From positions 333,945 to 397,944 of the forward strand of contig OZ251486.1 of NCBI GenBank assembly GCA_965242705.1: DNA of 64,000 bases, given 5' to 3'. The DNA is from Bryobacterales bacterium. GTDB taxonomy: Bacteria; Acidobacteriota; Terriglobia; Bryobacterales; UBA6623. Positions within the stretch are counted from its first letter, which is position 1. The number at the start of each line of letters is the position of its first letter. This document shows positions 62,661 to 64,000 of the stretch, piece after piece. A program made the translations under genes and the position numbers. Below the pieces are notes generated by a model. That model was given only the letters and a program-made list of their open reading frames with translations. It was not told where the DNA came from and did not search any database.

Positions 62661-63929
62661 TCACGGGTCGGGCGCGCAGACTTGCGGGTTTTGTTGCAGC
62701 CATTCTAACAGGGCTTCGGCGGCCCAGCGGTGGCCGTCGGCGTTCCAGTGGACGTCGTGGAGCCATTGCGCATCGCTGAGCGCGGCGCCTTGACGCAGGA
62801 TGTAGTCGGCCTGATCGATGACGGGAATGCCCAGCGCCGCGGCCATGGCGCTCATCCGCTCGAAAACGAGGGGGCCATGGATCTTCGCGGTGTGCGAGGC
62901 CAGGATGACCAGCGCTGCGCCGTCGCGGTCGGCGCGCTGCTTGAACTGCTCGAGAGCGAAGGCCGTATAGTCGAGGGCGTCCTCGAAAACGGGCGGCAGG
63001 CTGCTTTCCGAGAACGTCCGGTAAAGGCCTTCCCGCGTGGTCGGCCGCCAGCCTGCGAGCAGCGCGGCATAGTCGGGCCGGCGGCGCAGCATATCCGCAT
63101 GCATGAGCAGCGCGGGGTCATGGCCGGCGCGGAACAGCACGTCTTTCTTGGCGTCCAACCAGTTGGCGAACCAGGAAAGCTTGACGGCCTGTTTGAGGCG
63201 GACGACCCAGGCCGGCCGGCGGTTCGGCTTGGCCGGCCGCGGCAGCAAGACCTCTTCCGCGCGGTCGGGGTGAGGCGGACGCCACTCGATCCGCCCGTCG
63301 GGAAGCCTTGCCGCGCCGGGTTCCGGCGGAGGGTACTGCGGGTCCCGCCCCTCGAGCAAGGCGCGCAGGACGGGCGAATTGTCGGCGAAGTCGTTGGAGA
63401 CAAAAACCAGCACGAGCAGCTTGGGGCGCAGATGCCGGGCGTATTCGTCGTAGAACGGCATTTGCTGTATCTGGCCGGTGTTGGCGCGGGCGAAGGCCGA
63501 GGCGGCGAGCTCGAGATGGGGCAGCGCCTCGGCGGCGAGCGTTTCGAGCCGCACATGGAATTTCCGAGAGATGGGAGACAACAGCTTCGCCTCGACATAA
63601 GAATCGCCGATGACGGCGGCGCGGCAGCCTGCCGCGGCGCGTTCGGGGTTGGGCGGTTCGCGGTCAACGAAGCCCAGGCTGTTGGTGCGCGAGACGGCCC
63701 AGTAGTCGAGCCGGTTGGTGAAGCGTATCTCGGCGTTGGGTTCCCAGAGCAGCCCCACCTTGGGGACGAACTCCTTCCCGGGACTTTGCGGCGTCATGAA
63801 CGGCTTGGCAAGCCGAAACCAAGTCTCGCCGGCAACCGCGATCAGCGCCGCGCCGGCGAAGAGCATCAGCGCATTCCAGGCGATGAGGCGGGCCGCGCTT
63901 TGCACGGCGGTCGCGGGTCGGCGAGTCAC
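62661..63929 (-). CDS. Membrane-anchored SGNH/GDSL-like hydrolase/acyltransferase, divergent/chimeric paralog P1
   Basis: The GTG at 63929 overlaps the P0 TGA (alternative GTG at 63905; track ATG at 63998). AAVIGDSYVEA; HDVHWNADGHRW. The N-terminal two thirds are divergent. The last about 130 codons are near-identical to P4/P2. Confidence 0.8.
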   Translation of the reverse strand: MTRRPATAVQSAARLIAWNALMLFAGAALIAVAGETWFRLAKPFMTPQSPGKEFVPKVGLLWEPNAEIRFTNRLDYWAVSRTNSLGFVDREPPNPERAAAGCRAAVIGDSYVEAKLLSPISRKFHVRLETLAAEALPHLELAASAFARANTGQIQQMPFYDEYARHLRPKLLVLVFVSNDFADNSPVLRALLEGRDPQYPPPEPGAARLPDGRIEWRPPHPDRAEEVLLPRPAKPNRRPAWVVRLKQAVKLSWFANWLDAKKDVLFRAGHDPALLMHADMLRRRPDYAALLAGWRPTTREGLYRTFSESSLPPVFEDALDYTAFALEQFKQRADRDGAALVILASHTAKIHGPLVFERMSAMAAALGIPVIDQADYILRQGAALSDAQWLHDVHWNADGHRWAAEALLEWLQQNPQVCAPDP

Positions 63930-63965
63930 GGGGCGCGGGTCACGGGACGGCGCGCGCTTTGCGCG
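63893..63965. repeat. Composite REP element: hairpin, G-tract core, hairpin
   Basis: gccgcgctttgcacggc | ggtcgcgggtcggcgagtcacggggcgcgggtcacggg | cgcgcgctttgcgcg. Spans the P0/P1 junction. Confidence 0.7.
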
Positions 63966-64000
63966 TCTGCGCAGACCTCCCGATTTTCTTGCAGCCATTC
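63926..64000 (-). CDS. C-terminal fragment of a further SGNH-like paralog (P0); the rest lies beyond the window
   Basis: The minus frame from 64000 reads EWLQENREVCADAQSARRPVTRAP*, matching the ..LEWLQQNQDVCADAQSARP.. ends of P7/P9. TGA at 63928-63926. Confidence 0.6.
   Translation of the reverse strand, partial: EWLQENREVCADAQSARRPVTRAP

Noticed and set aside
47784-64000. Interpretation of the paralog array as a prophage, IS cluster or other mobile element
   Set aside because: No integrase, transposase, terminal inverted repeats or phage structural genes are present. The repeated unit is a complete cellular-type enzyme gene.

Overview
High-GC (about 70% by eye) chromosomal segment. It is most consistent with an Acidobacteriota genome of the Solibacter/Bryobacter type: a DUF1552 gene pair, two large NHL-repeat proteins ending in a Solibacter-type TIGR03437-like C-terminal domain, sulfatases, TonB-C proteins and PhoD. 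No rRNA, tRNA, CRISPR, transposase or integrase was found.

Layout:
- 0-8.5 kb: DUF1552 pair, a sugar epimerase, two tandem fucosyltransferase-like paralogs, a low-GC DUF3800 gene and a repeat/PHP-like fusion protein.
- 8.6-12.3 kb and 35.2-38.2 kb: two paralogous NHL/TIGR03437 genes. Each lies downstream of an identical (GGGCTGAC)x14 octamer array and a sigma70-like promoter.
- 12.7-17.6 kb: YHYH protein, dienelactone hydrolase, PhoD, K+ channel, TPR protein.
- 17.8-26 kb: proteases, a MacB/FtsX-type permease, a TonB-C protein and an HD protein, including several low-GC islets.
- 26-35 kb: all on the minus strand, J-domain protein, NadD-like protein, unknown protein, SDR, then the housekeeping block rplI, rpsR, rpsF, pth, rplY, prs, ispE, apt.
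- 38.3-47.7 kb: TonB, SDR, lytic transglycosylase, two sulfatases, MFS transporter.
- 44.7-64 kb: entirely minus strand.

The most unusual content is in 47.8-64 kb. It holds at least ten head-to-tail paralogs of a membrane-anchored SGNH/GDSL-like (D-x-H-W motif) enzyme. Most start/stop codons overlap or sit within 3 nt. The paralogs show mosaic, gene-conversion-like sequence. Very long G/C homopolymer tracts (14-19 nt) sit exactly at the 5' ends of successive paralogs, and one paralog is out of frame with its ATG. This looks like a phase-variable, diversity-generating surface-glycan modification locus that I do not recognise as described.

A family of GC-hairpin plus G-tract (G-quadruplex-prone) REP-like elements punctuates the window and is often translated into protein termini.
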